A DNA stretch of 63,544 nt, the filler included, from Folioceros fuciformis (taxonomy: Eukaryota), in NCBI GenBank assembly GCA_049999805.1. It is 7 parts of 7 records of this genome, joined end to end, with 100 filler letters (N's around TTAATTAATTAA, not from the genome) between each part and the next. Parts side by side here need not be neighbours in the genome. Positions count along the whole stretch, not along the records: positions 19,387 to 24,284 come from JBNGIO010005456.1; positions 24,385 to 30,876 come from JBNGIO010005457.1; positions 30,977 to 48,132 come from JBNGIO010005458.1; 4 more parts are not named here. One strand, written 5' to 3'. The notes under the pieces were generated by a model. The model ran no database searches, had not been told where the DNA came from, and saw only the letters and a list, made by a program, of their open reading frames with translations. Shown here in pieces: positions 20,799-34,244 of the stretch. A program made the translations under genes and the position numbers. The stretch's first letter is position 1; each line of letters starts with the position of its first letter.

Positions 20799-23700
20799 TG
20801 TTGAGTTATCGAGCTCTATATGAGCTAAACTCATGTGGTGTTAGTTACCCCGGTTGGGTTCATACTAGACTAGTTCTAGTTATTAATGAACTTATGATAG
20901 TGTAGATTATCCCATGTTGAACCTGGAAGTTGTGTAGCCCTGAATGTACTACTTAAATGGGGACCTCAGACCTCCACAGTAAAACAGTGGTGACATGTAT
21001 TGTTTTTTGGTTGTGACCACCAATACCACCCTCTCTTCTCTCCTCTCCTCTCCTACACTTGCACATAGACTAGAGTTGATCCTATTGAAATGGTATTAGA
21101 GCTTGAGAGCCCGATTGCCAAGCGTAGCCTAGAGCCGGAGAGCCAGGCGGCTACACCTAAAGGCGGTGCAAGATCGGCGTAGGAGGTGCTGCAAGAGTGC
21201 ACACCAGGAGCTCGAGCATAGGAGGTNNNNNNNNNNAGGTGCTGCAAGAGTGCACACCAGGAGCTCGAGCATAGGAGGTGCTGTAAGAGTGCACACCAGG
21301 AGCTCGAGCAACTACGAGGAGTTGGAGCAAGCGTGAGGAGTTGGAGCAAGCGTCCCGGCAGCTAACTCTCACATCGGTGTGTGCAGGAAGTGAGGAGAAG
21401 GGCAACAGGGCCCTGTCGGCTTGCTGGACAGGCTGTTGATCCTCAGAGTCCTGTGAAAGGGTTGACAGGTGGAGGCAACAGCCGCAGCAACCTCAGCAGC
21501 TGCAAGAAAGTGTGCTAACCCTAGCTTGGCAGCAAGGAAGGAATTGACAGGAAATCTCACGGGAGCTTTGTCTGGAAAATTCTGTAGGAGCTTATTCCAG
21601 CAAAATCTGCAGGTGGCCGTAAGTTGTTTCGGCTAGAGGCTGTGAGCAGACTGTCAGAGTCTGTAAGGACACAGAGCATGAGACAATCTGGTTCACGCAA
21701 GGCAGCGTGATTCCGCACCATATTGCTCTCAGGAAGCAGAGACTTAAGGTTTTGTGAGTAAAACTCTAGTCAGAAGGAGTCTGGTTCCTGCAGACATTTA
21801 TTAGGTGTGAGTACTCAAGAAGGATTGAGTGTCAACCTTGAGTGGTGGCAAGAATGGCCAGTGACAATATTAACTAGATCGTGTAGGAGAAGCTGGACAA
21901 AAACAACTTCCATGCCTGGAAGTTTCGTTTTACAAATTGTCTTATGGGAAAGGGTTATTGGGACTACATTGAGGGGGAGCATGAAAAACCCCCTGTAGTA
22001 CTTGAACGGAATGCAATAGTGGAGCATATTAAAGCGTTGAAGGATTGGAGTCAAGGATCTCGGAAGATCATGTATTGGCTGTCAATCAGCATTCATGACA
22101 CCATGATTGGGCACATACATGATGCAGAGTCGCCCAAAGAAGCATGGGATGAGTTGGTCAAACTCTATGAGACCAACACGAAGGCGAGGAAACTGTAGTT
22201 GAAGAATGACTTCAACACAGTTATGAAGAAGAACTTGACAATCAATGAGTACGCGTTAAAGATCAAAGAGATAGTGGAATCTCTTGCATCCATTGGTGTT
22301 AGTGTGGAAGATGACGACAAGGTCGAAGTTTGCTTGCGCGGGTTAACACCTGCCTATAAGAAGTTCAAGACTTCCATACAGACTCGGGAAAACATTCCCA
22401 ATTTCTCAGACTTGATTTCTATGTTGATCATAGAGGAGAAAAACCTAGGGCGAGGAATCATTCTCTAAGCCTAAGGAAAACTCTGAGCAGGCCGTCTACT
22501 CTAGTAGAGGCAAAGGTAGAGCCCAAGGTGGCAGAGGGCAAAGAGGTGGTAGAGGTCGGAATCCCTACCAAAATCAGCAACAGAATTAGGAGTCCCAGTA
22601 CAAGAGTACACGTGGAAGAGGAGAAAATTCTCGAGGCTGGGGGAGTTGAAGAGGACGTGGAAATCAACAACAAAATGATGCAAATGCAGACAATAGTGGT
22701 TGCTGGACTTGTGGTAGGTTAGACCACTTCAAAAGAGACTGTCCACGGAGAAATCAAGGCAACATGAGGCAGCAGAACAATTATGCCTCTAGCAACAGTC
22801 AAAATGACTCGGACAACATGTTTGTCATGCAGCATATGCTTAACTCTATGTCTGCTATTGGATCCACCAATGGTGAGATTGTGTGGTATGCGGACTCAGG
22901 AGCTTCGAACCACGTGACATGCCACGGGGAATGGTTCAAAGAAATGCAGGTGCTTGACAAACTTGGATATGTGGAAATTGGAGATGACACAACACATGCA
23001 ATTGTGCATACAGGAACTGTACCTATGAAGATGCAGGATGGCAAAGTGAAGTGCTTGGTCGATGTTCTTCACATACCCAACATCACAAAGAACTTGGTGT
23101 TAGTTGGGCAGATGGTTGAGCAAGGACTGCAGGTTAGGTTTAAACCTGCAGGACTCTTTGTTGAAGAGTGCAAGAAAGACGGTCGCCTGATTGCTCAAGG
23201 ACAAAAGGTTGGACGGATGCTCACCTTGAACGTGGAGGTTCCTAAGCTGAAGTTAGCCATGTTTGCGAAGGGTACAAGGGTAGTGACAGACCTAGACATG
23301 TGGCACAAACGCATTGGACATGTAAATGTGCAGAAGTTGAAGTCCATGCAGCATCAGAAGGTCGTCACAAGCATATTCAAGCTTATAGAAAATGGACTGC
23401 AAGGTGTATGTGAAGCATGTTAACTTGGGAAACAACCTAGGAATGCATTCCCCCATCACAAACATGTCAACAGACATGTGTTGGATGTTGTGCATTTAGA
23501 TGTATGGGGTCCTACACAGACTGCATCAATCGGAGGATGCAACTACTATATGAGCTTCATTGGTGACCACACAAGGAAGGTGTGGGTCTATTTCATGAAA
23601 GAAAAAAGTGGAGTGATCACTCATTTTCATACTTTCAAGGCAATGGTTGAGAACCAGACAGATAGGCACATCAAATGCCTAAGATCTGATGGAGGGGGAG

Positions 23701-24284
23701 AGTACTTCTCCAGAGAGTTCAGCAAATTCTTATCTGAACAGGGCATTCAACGGCAATACTCATGTCGTTATATGCCACAACAAAATGGAGTTGCAGAGCG
23801 CAAGAACAAGCACATAGCACAAGTGGCGAGAGCATTGATGACAGAGAAGATGATGCCTCACTACTACTGGGCTGAAGCTGTAAACACAGCGGTGTACATC
23901 ATGAACAGAACTCGCACAGCAGCGGTGCATAGTGTAACACCGGAGGAGAAGTTCACAAGGAAGAAACCCGACTTTTCACACTTAAAGGTATTTGGTTGCA
24001 TTGCTTATGTCCATATTCCGGATGAATTGCGGACTAAGCTTGATCCAAAAGCAGAAAAGTGTATCTTTATTGGGTATTCTGTTATACAAAAAGGATATAG
24101 GTGCTAGAATCCTAGTACACAAGCTATAAGAGTAAGCAAAGACGTAGTCTTTGATGAAATGGCTAGCTGGTACTTTGAAGTACAATCAAGTGGTGTAGCT
24201 GATGTGCATGAAACTGAGGTAACAAGCAATGCAAGTCAACAATCACAAGTGTTGAGTGGACCGCAAGCGTCATCAAACTCGACA
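20799..24284 (+). mobile_element. Degenerate Ty1/copia element (LTR ~20799-21088, PBS 21091-21102, gag-PR-INT from 21854), truncated at contig end
   Basis: Mutated PBS TGGTATTAGAGC; gag EKLDKNNFHAWKFR; WYADSGASNH; WHKRIGH; LRSDGGGEY; PQQNGVAERKN. 39-bp tandem repeats in the leader at ~21180-21312. Confidence 0.92.
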
Positions 24285-24618
24285 NNNNNNNNNNNNNNNN
24301 NNNNNNNNNNNNNNNNNNNNNNNNNNNNTTAATTAATTAANNNNNNNNNNNNNNNNNNNNNNNNNNNNNNNNNNNNNNNNNNNNTCCATGCTTCCGCTAA
24401 CATGGTATCAGAGCAGAGTTAATCTTAGTGATTTTTCTGTCTATAGGATCTTGGGATGGTGTTTGTAATTAGCACGTCTTAAGTTGGATTTTCCATGTTT
24501 CTTATGCATTATTTTATGTAGTCATAAGAGTACAGGATTATGATTTTCCGGATGTTTGGATAGTGTCCAATCTTTTGATGGGTAGTCGGATGTGTAGTGT
24601 TTTCTGTCAGGATTTGTG

Positions 24619-25113
24619 ATGGCTCGAGGCAGGCAACGGTATTCATATGAGCCATTGCCACAATTTTTGATGAGACATTTTTCTCATAAAAATTGTATGT
24701 CAGAAAGGCCTGAGCCATTTCGTGCACCTAATAGGCCAGCCACATACCTGAGGAATTATTATCCACCAGCATATTCTGGAGAGAATGAGAGAGCTTTTCT
24801 GCATTCTCAATTTCAGCGATTTTTCTGTAAGAAGAAATCCAGGAGCAAGGTGGCAATTCCAACACTACAGCATTTGATTACCCGGCTTGACACTGCTGTA
24901 TCCTTGTTACTGCGAGTTCTGGAGAATCAACGGGTTGAGGCGCTGCAGCTAGATGAGCTATCGTTGAAGATTGCAGCCCTGAGTGGAGAACGAGCAAAGA
25001 CACAGAATACAAGTCATAATTCACCACAGAATTGGATTTGTACGTGTTCCATGCGTTCCTCAGCGGCGCCGGATTCCCCTTCAGCCCGCGTGCCGATGCC
25101 CAGGCACATCTAG
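24619..25113 (+). CDS. Extra upstream ORF (~164 aa) between PBS and gag of the copia element
   Basis: Open frame with a heptad-like segment LQHLITRLDTAVSLLLRVLENQRVEALQLDELSLKIAAL; no recognisable family. Confidence 0.4.
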   Translation: MARGRQRYSYEPLPQFLMRHFSHKNCMSERPEPFRAPNRPATYLRNYYPPAYSGENERAFLHSQFQRFFCKKKSRSKVAIPTLQHLITRLDTAVSLLLRVLENQRVEALQLDELSLKIAALSGERAKTQNTSHNSPQNWICTCSMRSSAAPDSPSARVPMPRHI

Positions 25114-28100
25114 CAGCAGCCCGTGCGATTGAAGGTCCAGATCTGGAGCGTCGCGCGCGTGAGGTTGCTGCTTCAGTTGCTGGCCTCGACGGACTGCTGA
25201 AACGAAACGAAACGTTAAGTTAGGTTTCCGGTGGCGGGCAAACTAACTTGAGTTTTGTCGTTTCGTTTTGTTTCGTTTTTATGGTGACTGTTCTGTGTCT
25301 TACCTCTCGTTTAGTCAGCCATGGAACAGAATTCACAGCATAGACTCACCAGGCTGGTTGTGTCTGTGCTGCTTGGTGAATGGATGAGGACCTTGATCTT
25401 GATACCTTGGCTGAATCATTAGCTCGTTTAGCGTTGACTTCCGTAGCTGTAGGATCAACTGTGTCCGCCCCTTCACCTGGTTTGCGTCCAGCTCTTCCTT
25501 TGCAGTCACAGATGGCTGTTCCCACAAGCTCTGCATCTGGTGCTACGGCTAGTTCATCAGCTCCTCCACCATCTACAGCCTTTGTACAGTTAGGTTATGG
25601 TGGAGATTTTAAAGAAAAAGACAGGTTTGATGGCAAACCTGGACGCTTCGAAGGATGGAAAGCTAGGATGAGAGCGTACCTGGATGCGAGAGATGTCTGG
25701 GAGTATGTTGACGGGTCACTCCTAGATCCATCAGCAACAATTCCTAAGGGTACACCAGAAGAGATAGCAAAGTGGAACAAAGGAAATAAAGTTGCCTTTG
25801 CTATGCTACTATCAGGGCTGGATGAAACGACTGTAACTGAAGTTGAGTTTCTTGGCTCTGCTGCTGCTGTTTGGAGTCAGCTCAAGGACACCTATCAAGT
25901 GCAGAACATTCTGACATTAGTTGCTGCAAGGAATGAATTTTTTGGTTTGAGGTTGAAAGAAGGAGATTCAGTTGGAACACATGTCACTCGTCTGCGTTAC
26001 CTGCGTGCTCAGCTAGCAGCGTTGGGTTGCAAGATGACCGANNNNNNNNNNNNNNNNNNNNNNNNNNNNNNNNNNNNNNNNNNNNNNNNNNNNNNNNNNN
26101 NNNNNNNNNNNNNNNNNNNNNNNNNNNNNNNNNNNNNNNNNGAGGAGACAAGGTTTTGGTTGCTAAAGTGAAAGGGCCTTGGAAAGGAAAGACTAAAGGA
26201 AAACAGCAGCAGATGTTCTCACCTGGACAGTCTGCTGGCTCCTTTTTGTCTACTCCAGTGAAGCGCCAGGGAAACTGTAATTGGTGTGGTGTAGCTGGAC
26301 ATTGGGAAAGAGACTGTAAGAAAAAGAAAGCAGGGAGTCCGAAGCGCGAGAGTAAACCTGAAGCTCATGTTGCAACAAAGGACTCCAGGAATCCTTCTTC
26401 TTCTTCAACTCTTCCCAGAAGTAGCAGTACTGCGTTGACAGTTTGTCTCACTTCTTCCTGCCATGGTCCATCATGTTGGTTTGTCGATTCTGGAGCAACA
26501 GCACATGTCTGCAATGATAGGGATCAGTTTGCAGCTTTTCGCACACGGTCTTACCCACAATCTGTTTTTGTTGGTGACTCTCGTGCTATACAAGTCAAGG
26601 GAGCTGGCATAGTACACTTGTCCTTGCCTGATGGTTCGTCCTTGACTTTAGAGAATGTCCTTTATGTACCTGACATGAGTAAAAATCTATTATCAGTCCG
26701 AGCAATTGCACAAGGTTCTACTTACGGTTTTAGGTTTGAGGACAAGTGTTGTTACCTTTACATGTTGTCTGAGCCTGAAACCTACATAGCCAAAGCTACA
26801 CTGTGTGAGGACTTGTATCAGTTAGACACAGTGTCTAAAGACAAAGCTAGAGTTCTTGTTTCTTCTGTCAGTGCTCAAGCTTACCTCTGGCATGCTCGCC
26901 TAGGTCATGTGAATCGCTCTAAGCTGGATTTGATGTCCAGGTCTGATTGTTATCGGGAACGTCTTCCTTCTTGTTTCAAGCACTTGCCTGTGTGCAGCGC
27001 ATGNNNNNNNNNNNNNNNNNNNNNNNNNNNNNNNNNNNNNNNNNNNNNNNNNNNNNNNNNNNNNNNNNNNNNNNNNNNNNNNNNNNNNNNNNNNNNNNNN
27101 NNNCTTGCCTGTGTGCAGCGCATGTGCCTTATCCAAAAAGAAGGAGCTCCCTTTTCCTAAGTCTGCCACAAGAGCAAAGGGAATCTTGGATTTAATTCAT
27201 GCAGACATTTCAGGAAGAATGCCTGTCAAATCACTTGGAGGCGCTGAGTATTATCTTACCTTGACTGATGATTATTCACGTTATACCTGGACATTCCCCA
27301 TGGCTGTGAAGAGTGAGGTGTGTGACATCCTTTTAGCTTGGATTCCTATGGTTCATCTGCAGACAGGACAACAGGTTAAATGTTTCCGTACCGACAATGG
27401 GGGAGAGTTCACAGGAGGAAATGTGGATGCCTTGTTTCGTCAGTACGGAATCACTAGGCAACTTGCTATTCCATATACCCAGCAACAGAATGGTGTGTCC
27501 GAAAGGAGGAATCAAATTCTTATGGGTATGACACGGAGTGAGCTGTCTTGGTCTGGATTGCCTAAATCCTACTGGGCTGAAGCTATTGTCTATGCTACAT
27601 ATACTCTGAATAGGGTTCTTACCTCTGCTGTCGTTGGTCGGACTCCATATGAGGCCTTCTGGGGTCGAAAACCTAGTATTCTCCATCTGCGAGTGTTTGG
27701 TTCACTTGCTTATGCTTATATTCCTGCACCCAAGCGAAACAAGTTGGATGATAGGTCTCAGCCACTTGTGTTTGTTGGTTATTCAGAGGAATCTAAGGCT
27801 TACAAGTTGCTGGACCCTGCAACTAAGAAGATTGTTCTAGCTCGAAGTGCTACTTTCAAGGAACTTTTATTACCTCGTGTAGTGTCCTCTGTAGAGCAAC
27901 TTGATGCAGGGAGTTCTGGTGAATCTGCAAGTCCAAGTCTGGAGCATGAGTCAACAGATGCTTTAGTTCCAGCTATTTTTCCTATGTCAGATGGTGAACC
28001 AAGTGTTGTGGATGATGCTTCAGACGTACATGGTTCCTCTACTTCAGCTGTGAATCAGAACTGTGAGCAAGACAGTGAGCAGATTTTAGTACCTGATGTA

Positions 28101-30183
28101 CAAGGGGCTGATGTTGTGGAGCCTCTTGACATTCCTCATGATGATGGTTCAGATTCCTTGTCAGTTGCCAGCAATGCAGAGTCTGTTGCTGATGATTCAG
28201 ATACTTTGCCTCATGACACTACAGCTGCAGAGGGAGTACAACCACCTATCATTCATGAGTTAGTACCAGCTGAAGATCCTCCTCCACCAGCTGAAGATCC
28301 TCCTCCTAGGTATCCAACAAGAGAAAGGAGAGGACGAGCTGACTGGATGGAGTCACCATACCAAGCTGTTGATTTCCGGAGGTCTTATGCCCATGTTGTT
28401 GATGTTCATGTGCCTGAGGTGAGGCCAGATCCACAAAGCTATTCGGAAGCCTTGAATGGACCGGATGGTCATCATTGGCGTATCTCCATCGATGATGAAT
28501 ATAATTCTTTGATTAAGAATCACACATGGGAGCTTGCTGATCTCCCGCCTGGCCGTAAGCCTATCTCCTGCAAATGGGTGTTTAAAACCAAGTTGAAGTC
28601 AGATGGTACTATAGCACGCTATAAGTCACGCTTAGTAGCAAGAGGTTTTTCACAGATACCTGGTATCGACTATGGTGACACTTTTTCACCAGTAGTGAAG
28701 CCACCCTCTATACGTATTCTTCTTGCTATGGCTGCCGAATTTGACCTTGAATTGCATCAGATGGATGTGTGTACAGCCTTTCTGCATGGTGAGCTTGAAG
28801 AGGTACTGTACATGCTCCAGCCTGAAGGGTTTGTGGACAAGAAGTTTCCAAAGAAGGTGTGTAAGTTGTTGAAAACAATCTACGGTCTTAAGCAAAGTCC
28901 TCGAGCGTGATATAAACGAATTACAGCTTTTCTAAGGAAACATGGCTTTATTCAGTCTCCAGCAGACTCTAATGTATTTTACCTTGCTGTTGGGTCTTCC
29001 TTTGTCATACTTGCCCTTTATGTCGATGATGCCATCCTCCTCAGTGACCAGATGGTACACATGGATAGGGTTAAAGCCTTGTTGCGTACTGAATTCGAGA
29101 TGACAGACCAAGGCCCTCTTCAATACTGCTTGGGTGTACAGATTCTGCGGGACAGGAGTACACATTCCATTGTACTTCATCAGACAAAGTATATTAAGGA
29201 AATATTGAAACGCTTTCATATGGATTTAGCCAAGCCTTTATCTACACCTTCTGCAGTGGGGGTAAAACTTACTGTAGAGCAGTCCCCTCAAGATGCAGAT
29301 GAGGTGGAGTATATGCCTACAGTTCCGTATGCAGAAGCTGTAGGCAGTCTTATTTTTCTGGCGAACTGGACCCGGCCTGATATCAGCTATGCTGTGAGTT
29401 CCGTTTCTCAGTTCCTGAAAAACCCAGGGAGAGCACATTGGTCAGCTGTTAAGCGTATATACAAATTTCTAAAAGGCACTCTTAATTATGGTTTACACTA
29501 TATTTCAAGTGGAAATAGAGATCTTACACTTACAGCTTTCACAGATGCTGATTGGGCATCAGACGCTGACTCTTGTCGTAGCTTATCAGCTTATGTTTTC
29601 ACCTTGGCTTCTGGTGCTGTGAACTGGTCTTGTAAGAAGCAGTCTTCCTTAGCCCTGTCATCAACAGAAGCCGAGTATAAGTCTCTCACGAATGCATGCA
29701 AGGAACTTGAGTGGGAAAGGCGTTTCCTTGAGGCAATTCGCTTACCACAGACTGATCCGACTTTGCTCTTCTGTGACAATATGTCAGCAATTGCCCTAGT
29801 CTCCAATCCCAGGTTTCATGCTCGTACAAAACATATAGAGCTTTACTATCATTATATCCGGGATGTGGCAGATAGAGGCATAGCCCGCGTACAGTACATC
29901 AACACAGACTCTAATACAGCTGATATATTAACTAAGGGCTTGCCTCAGTTCAAACATTATCAGCATATGGCAGCTATGGGACTGAAAGAGTTCTCCCTAC
30001 CTCTGCCTAAAGCCTAAAGTACAAAAATGTGGCTACAGCCTGTCAGTCATGAGCAAACAAGTGTGTTTCTTACAGTTTCAGATAGCTGGGAAGGCTGCTT
30101 TCTGTCTGGAGGAAACTCTTCACCTACACATGAGCTGACAGGCTTTCAGAATACACACAGTGGATGAAGCTGTAAAGCGCAAA

Positions 30184-30629
30184 TCAAGTCGTGGGTGTGT
30201 TCTGCAGTTTACCGTATCCCATTTGCTCCAGCCTTCCAACGATTGTCGTGAGTTCTTCTATGGTCGGAGGGATCTCGAAGCCGCAGTTGTCAGGAGTCTT
30301 TGCAAGCAGGTCCCTCAGCTCCAGGACCTTGTCGCGCGCCACGTCCATTGCCTCTCTGGCTTCTTCACACTTTAGGGCAGTCTTCTGAAGACGGCGCAGA
30401 AGCTCGAGGTCGGCTCTTCGGAGGATGCTTGCTGCCTTTGCCATGTCTGCCGCGACTGCTGCTGGGTTGGAGAGCTGCGCCAGAGCCCTTGTGGAACGTC
30501 GACGCGAGTTGTCTGTCTTCAAGCTTCCACCAGTCTCTGTCGAGATGCACCCGTCGCGATCAGAAACAGAGTTGCTGAGAGGCCCATGACGATCGCGCTT
30601 AAGAGCTCCAGAATTGCAGCGGGCTCCAT
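30184..30629 (-). CDS. Antisense ORF(s) between copia pol and PPT: hydrophobic N-terminal helix followed by a coiled coil
   Basis: MEPAAILELLSAIVMGLSATLFLIATG... from 30629 (stop at 30519-30521) overlaps a second frame (30184-30522) encoding LELLRRLQKTALKCEEAREAMDVARDKVLELRDLL. Confidence 0.45.
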
Positions 30630-33315
30630 GCTCTGTGCTTGCGAATGTGAACCGGCGTCACGAGGTCTCAGGAAGATGCAGTGAGCGTAATGGTGGCACG
30701 AGTGGTAACGGCGAAGTAACGTGGCTTTAAATGGTGCCCGTTTACGTCCCGTTGAAGAAGCGATACACTCGGTGTAACTCAGAGCTGGTTTGAGTTGCAT
30801 GTGGTTATCCCTGGTAGGTTAAGAGGGAGTGTTACGGGTTAGGTTAACCCTGATTAAAGTAACCTACCTAGGGTTANNNNNNNNNNNNNNNNNNNNNNNN
30901 NNNNNNNNNNNNNNNNNNNNTTAATTAATTAANNNNNNNNNNNNNNNNNNNNNNNNNNNNNNNNNNNNNNNNNNNNTTCAGGTCTCGATCGGTTGCAGCT
31001 TACACACTGCACTACTGCGCACAGGTTCATGCTCCCCATCCTCAAGACTGTCAACTTGGGTGCCCATCATACGGCCGCCTTGAGCCGGTAAGTACCGTGA
31101 CGGTCTTCCTTCTCCCCCTCCTGGAGAGTAACGCCGTGCGGATCAATGACGGGTTGCAGTCTGCAATGGATTCGGTTTTCTTTCGCTTGATGGATGCCCT
31201 GGCGGATATTGTAAGCTCCGCCTCCTCTTTGTCTCAGAATGCAATTTTGGCTCCTGAATGGAATCTCAACGGCCATGTTATTCTGCACGTCCTGAGAGGT
31301 TGTGCAAGCTTGGGCTGGAAATCGCTGGCAACAATGGAGAGCGGCTTGCGAGCCAGGACATCAAGGAAGGTGATGCCTTCGTAGTCCCATGGGCAGCAGC
31401 TAGGTAGGCAGTCCAGGCAATCATTCCATGGTTAAGCGTAAAGGTGTAGCAACAAAGAGCAGCAGCAGCCGAAGCCATCAGTCTTCAGCTACAGCAACAA
31501 AGACCAGCAGCAGCAGAGGGACGCCGGAGGGCAAAGAAGGGATCACGCCGCACGGCCACCTTGTCATCCGGGATGTAGGGCCGCGACCGGATCTGCAATG
31601 TCAGTACTGCAGAAAGGTTAGTCACCACAACCGCCGCCGCTCCAAGACTTTACCCGCACCACCATCACTGCCGTTCCGCCGCTCCACCATCACTCCCGCT
31701 CCACACTCTAGCATCCAGACTGCAGCAGATGGACCCACAAACGCCCTCCTTCATCGCAAAACGAACGCTACCATCTACACTTCCGTCCACAAACGTCCTC
31801 CTCCATCGCAAAACGAACGCTACCATGTACGTTGGCTACATTCGGGAGCGTGTCCAGGAGAAAGGTTGCTGGAGCACTTACTTGAGAAGCTGGCAATATT
31901 CCTGGAACAAACAGAAGGTTTTGGGGCAACACACAAGATGAGAACTTGGCGTGGATAAGGAAACTTGGCATGGATAAAGGCTGGCTGCCCGTCTCAGCTT
32001 CGATGGTTGGAGAGTGGCGATCGGCTGGCTACTTCGCATTTCTGGCTGCTGACAGAGTAGAGTACTCCGGCGCGGGGATTTCTGACGCTGCTCGGGATTG
32101 CACGACCTGATGCTGGTTAAGGCGGAGGGGGAAGTCGGAGGCTGCACTCCGCTGCGTGGGGAGGCGGTTCTGGCGCTTACGTGCTGCCCCGGCCGCGGTG
32201 ATTTCGAGGAACCTCTTTGGGATGGTTGGTGGGGATCGGTGTCGCCGTTTCCTCGGAGAGTCTGAACTCTGTGGGAATCTCGTTCGGGAACTCTGAGCTG
32301 TTGGTGGCCAGAGCTGGGGAGAAGGGGCAGGCAGCTTAAGCTTCATCCCCGCCGTCCGATATCGTGGATCAGGGTGAAGGTCCCGTGGCTGTGGACTGCA
32401 GGCAATCTCCATCTCCATCTCCTGATGCTCATGCAGGTGGCTGTGTGGCGGTTGATTCTTGGCAAAGCGAGAAGTGACAGCACCTTGCTCTGATTGCAAT
32501 TGGACCTACAGCAAGTCCTGTGTTCATTGTTTCAGCCTGCTTATCCAGGGACGTGCTTATCCCTGGACGTGTACATGGTGCGGACATTGGTGAAATGGTC
32601 GTTTGGTAGCTCGGACTGGCTGGAGGAGTAAGGATCTGGAAGTTCAAGTTGCTTTTCAGTAGGATGAATGCTCTGGCTATGTTAGGCCTGGCCATGTGTC
32701 TGATATGTATAATTTGGTAGTTGCAGCTCTCTAGTATCGGAGAGGGAGTTTCACAAGCTTGCTGACGAAGTTCTGAATCATCTTCAAGAGCAGTTTGAGG
32801 TAAGACATCGTTCTTGGTTGTATGGAGAGCAGTCTGTGAATCAGGAAACGTCTGCATAGCATTACTATCCCCCTTCTATGATGCAGTGGCCCGGCTGGGT
32901 TCGACGGGAAGTAACCTGACGAGGCTGAGGAGCCTAGTTCTGAAGTCGGTGGGAACGGTTACTTCTGCCAAAAGGAGACTTCGCTCTGATCTAGGCAGAA
33001 GACTTCGCTCTGATCCATCATGCTGCGAAAGCTGTGCGGGTAAATTTGCTTGCGCTCAGTGATATTGCTCTACTGTTCTAGAACCCCTGAGCAAACTCAG
33101 CACGTTTCATGTCCTTTGCAGGAAGCTTTCTCTTGCAAGCTTATCGCAAGGTTCTGGTGTGGGTGGAAGGTTTGTTCCTTCTCAATTATTTCATGAGGTA
33201 ATTAATGAGGTTTTTTCCTGTTACTTAGTCGCTGTTACTTAGTTTTATGCCTTGTTGGGTTAGACCATGTTCATTTCATCTGATTCTTTTTCTTCTTTGT
33301 GTTGTGTAGAGAGCT

Positions 33316-34205
33316 ATGTCGGTTGCAGTTCCCTACTGGGCAGATCCTGCTAAAGATGCTGATCGTTTTGCGGAGGCTGAGATGCTTTACAGGTAGTGAA
33401 GAATTGTTGCCTTCTGGTTTTTGATTGTTTGATGTTCGACGTAATTCTGACGCCTACCTTGTAATCTGCAGAGAACAGAGTTCTGTTGATCCCCCTGCGA
33501 ACCTAGATTGGGTTCCCTGGCTGGTTGAAGCAGCTTCAAAGAAACATGAAACTTTGGAGATTGTAGCTTCTCGGCTTTTCCGGAAGGGGATGGCATCGGG
33601 AATGCATAATGGATTAGTAGTGAATTTTGTTAGTTCTTTTCCAGATCTATTTCTCCTAAAACAGCAGTGGTGTGTGTTGGCTAACATGACTGTTATTTAT
33701 GATCCTACTAATCGATTTGTACACTATCTGTAAGTGATTGCCTTACCTTGGTTGCCTCGCTTTGAATGTTATCAAGTTGAAAAACCTTGAAAAATCTCTA
33801 GCAATCAATGTGGTGGCGGTTGGTAGATGTGGCTGGAGGAAATGTGAAGGCAAATTTCCAAGCCATCGTAGCAAGGCAAGCACCACAACTGGTCCTGATT
33901 GGGCTTGTGAGATCATCTCCCCCAAAGCAGGCAAGAACGATACGGAAGGCGGGAACAAATATCTAGCCCTAGAGTGGCATGGCGTACCTAATTACTGGTT
34001 GATTCATCCGCTCAAAGGTTGGATCAACATCTATCAGCATTCTAATCCTTACACGGCTGACAATTGGGAAGCTGGTGGCAGCTACACCCATGTCATGCGA
34101 GTATATGCTGATGATGCCCCAAGACGCTTGCCTCCTTTTGATCTCATGTTTGACCCTAGTGAGTTGTTCACGAGGCTGCTGGCAATACGGGAGAGTCCGA
34201 GTTGA
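33316..34205 (+). CDS. Uma2-family (PD-(D/E)xK-like) putative endonuclease, bacterial type, 3 exons (33316-33392, 33472-33729, ~33827-34205; ~237 aa)
   Basis: LEIVASRLFRKGMASGMHNGLVVNF (Uma2 N-terminal E..G..M....H pattern), GWRK, GPDWACEIISP, NKY...GVPNYWLIHP, LPPFDL. GT..AG introns are phase-consistent, but the third-exon acceptor is weak. Confidence 0.75.
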
Positions 34206-34244
34206 GCAGGATATTTGATGAACTTTTCCAAGTGGACATACAAT

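Larger units (their letters stand above)
24385..30876 (+). mobile_element. Near-intact Ty1/copia element: PBS 24403-24414, gag-pol 25380-30017, PPT ~30816-30829, 3' LTR from 30830
   Basis: [67 protein letters not shown]. Only one visible stop (TGA 28908-28910 at a Trp position) plus two N gaps. Confidence 0.95.

Noticed and set aside
30977-33062. Several Pro/Ser/Arg-rich ORFs on both strands
   Set aside because: No recognisable domain or consistent splice model; could be decayed coding sequence but cannot be supported.
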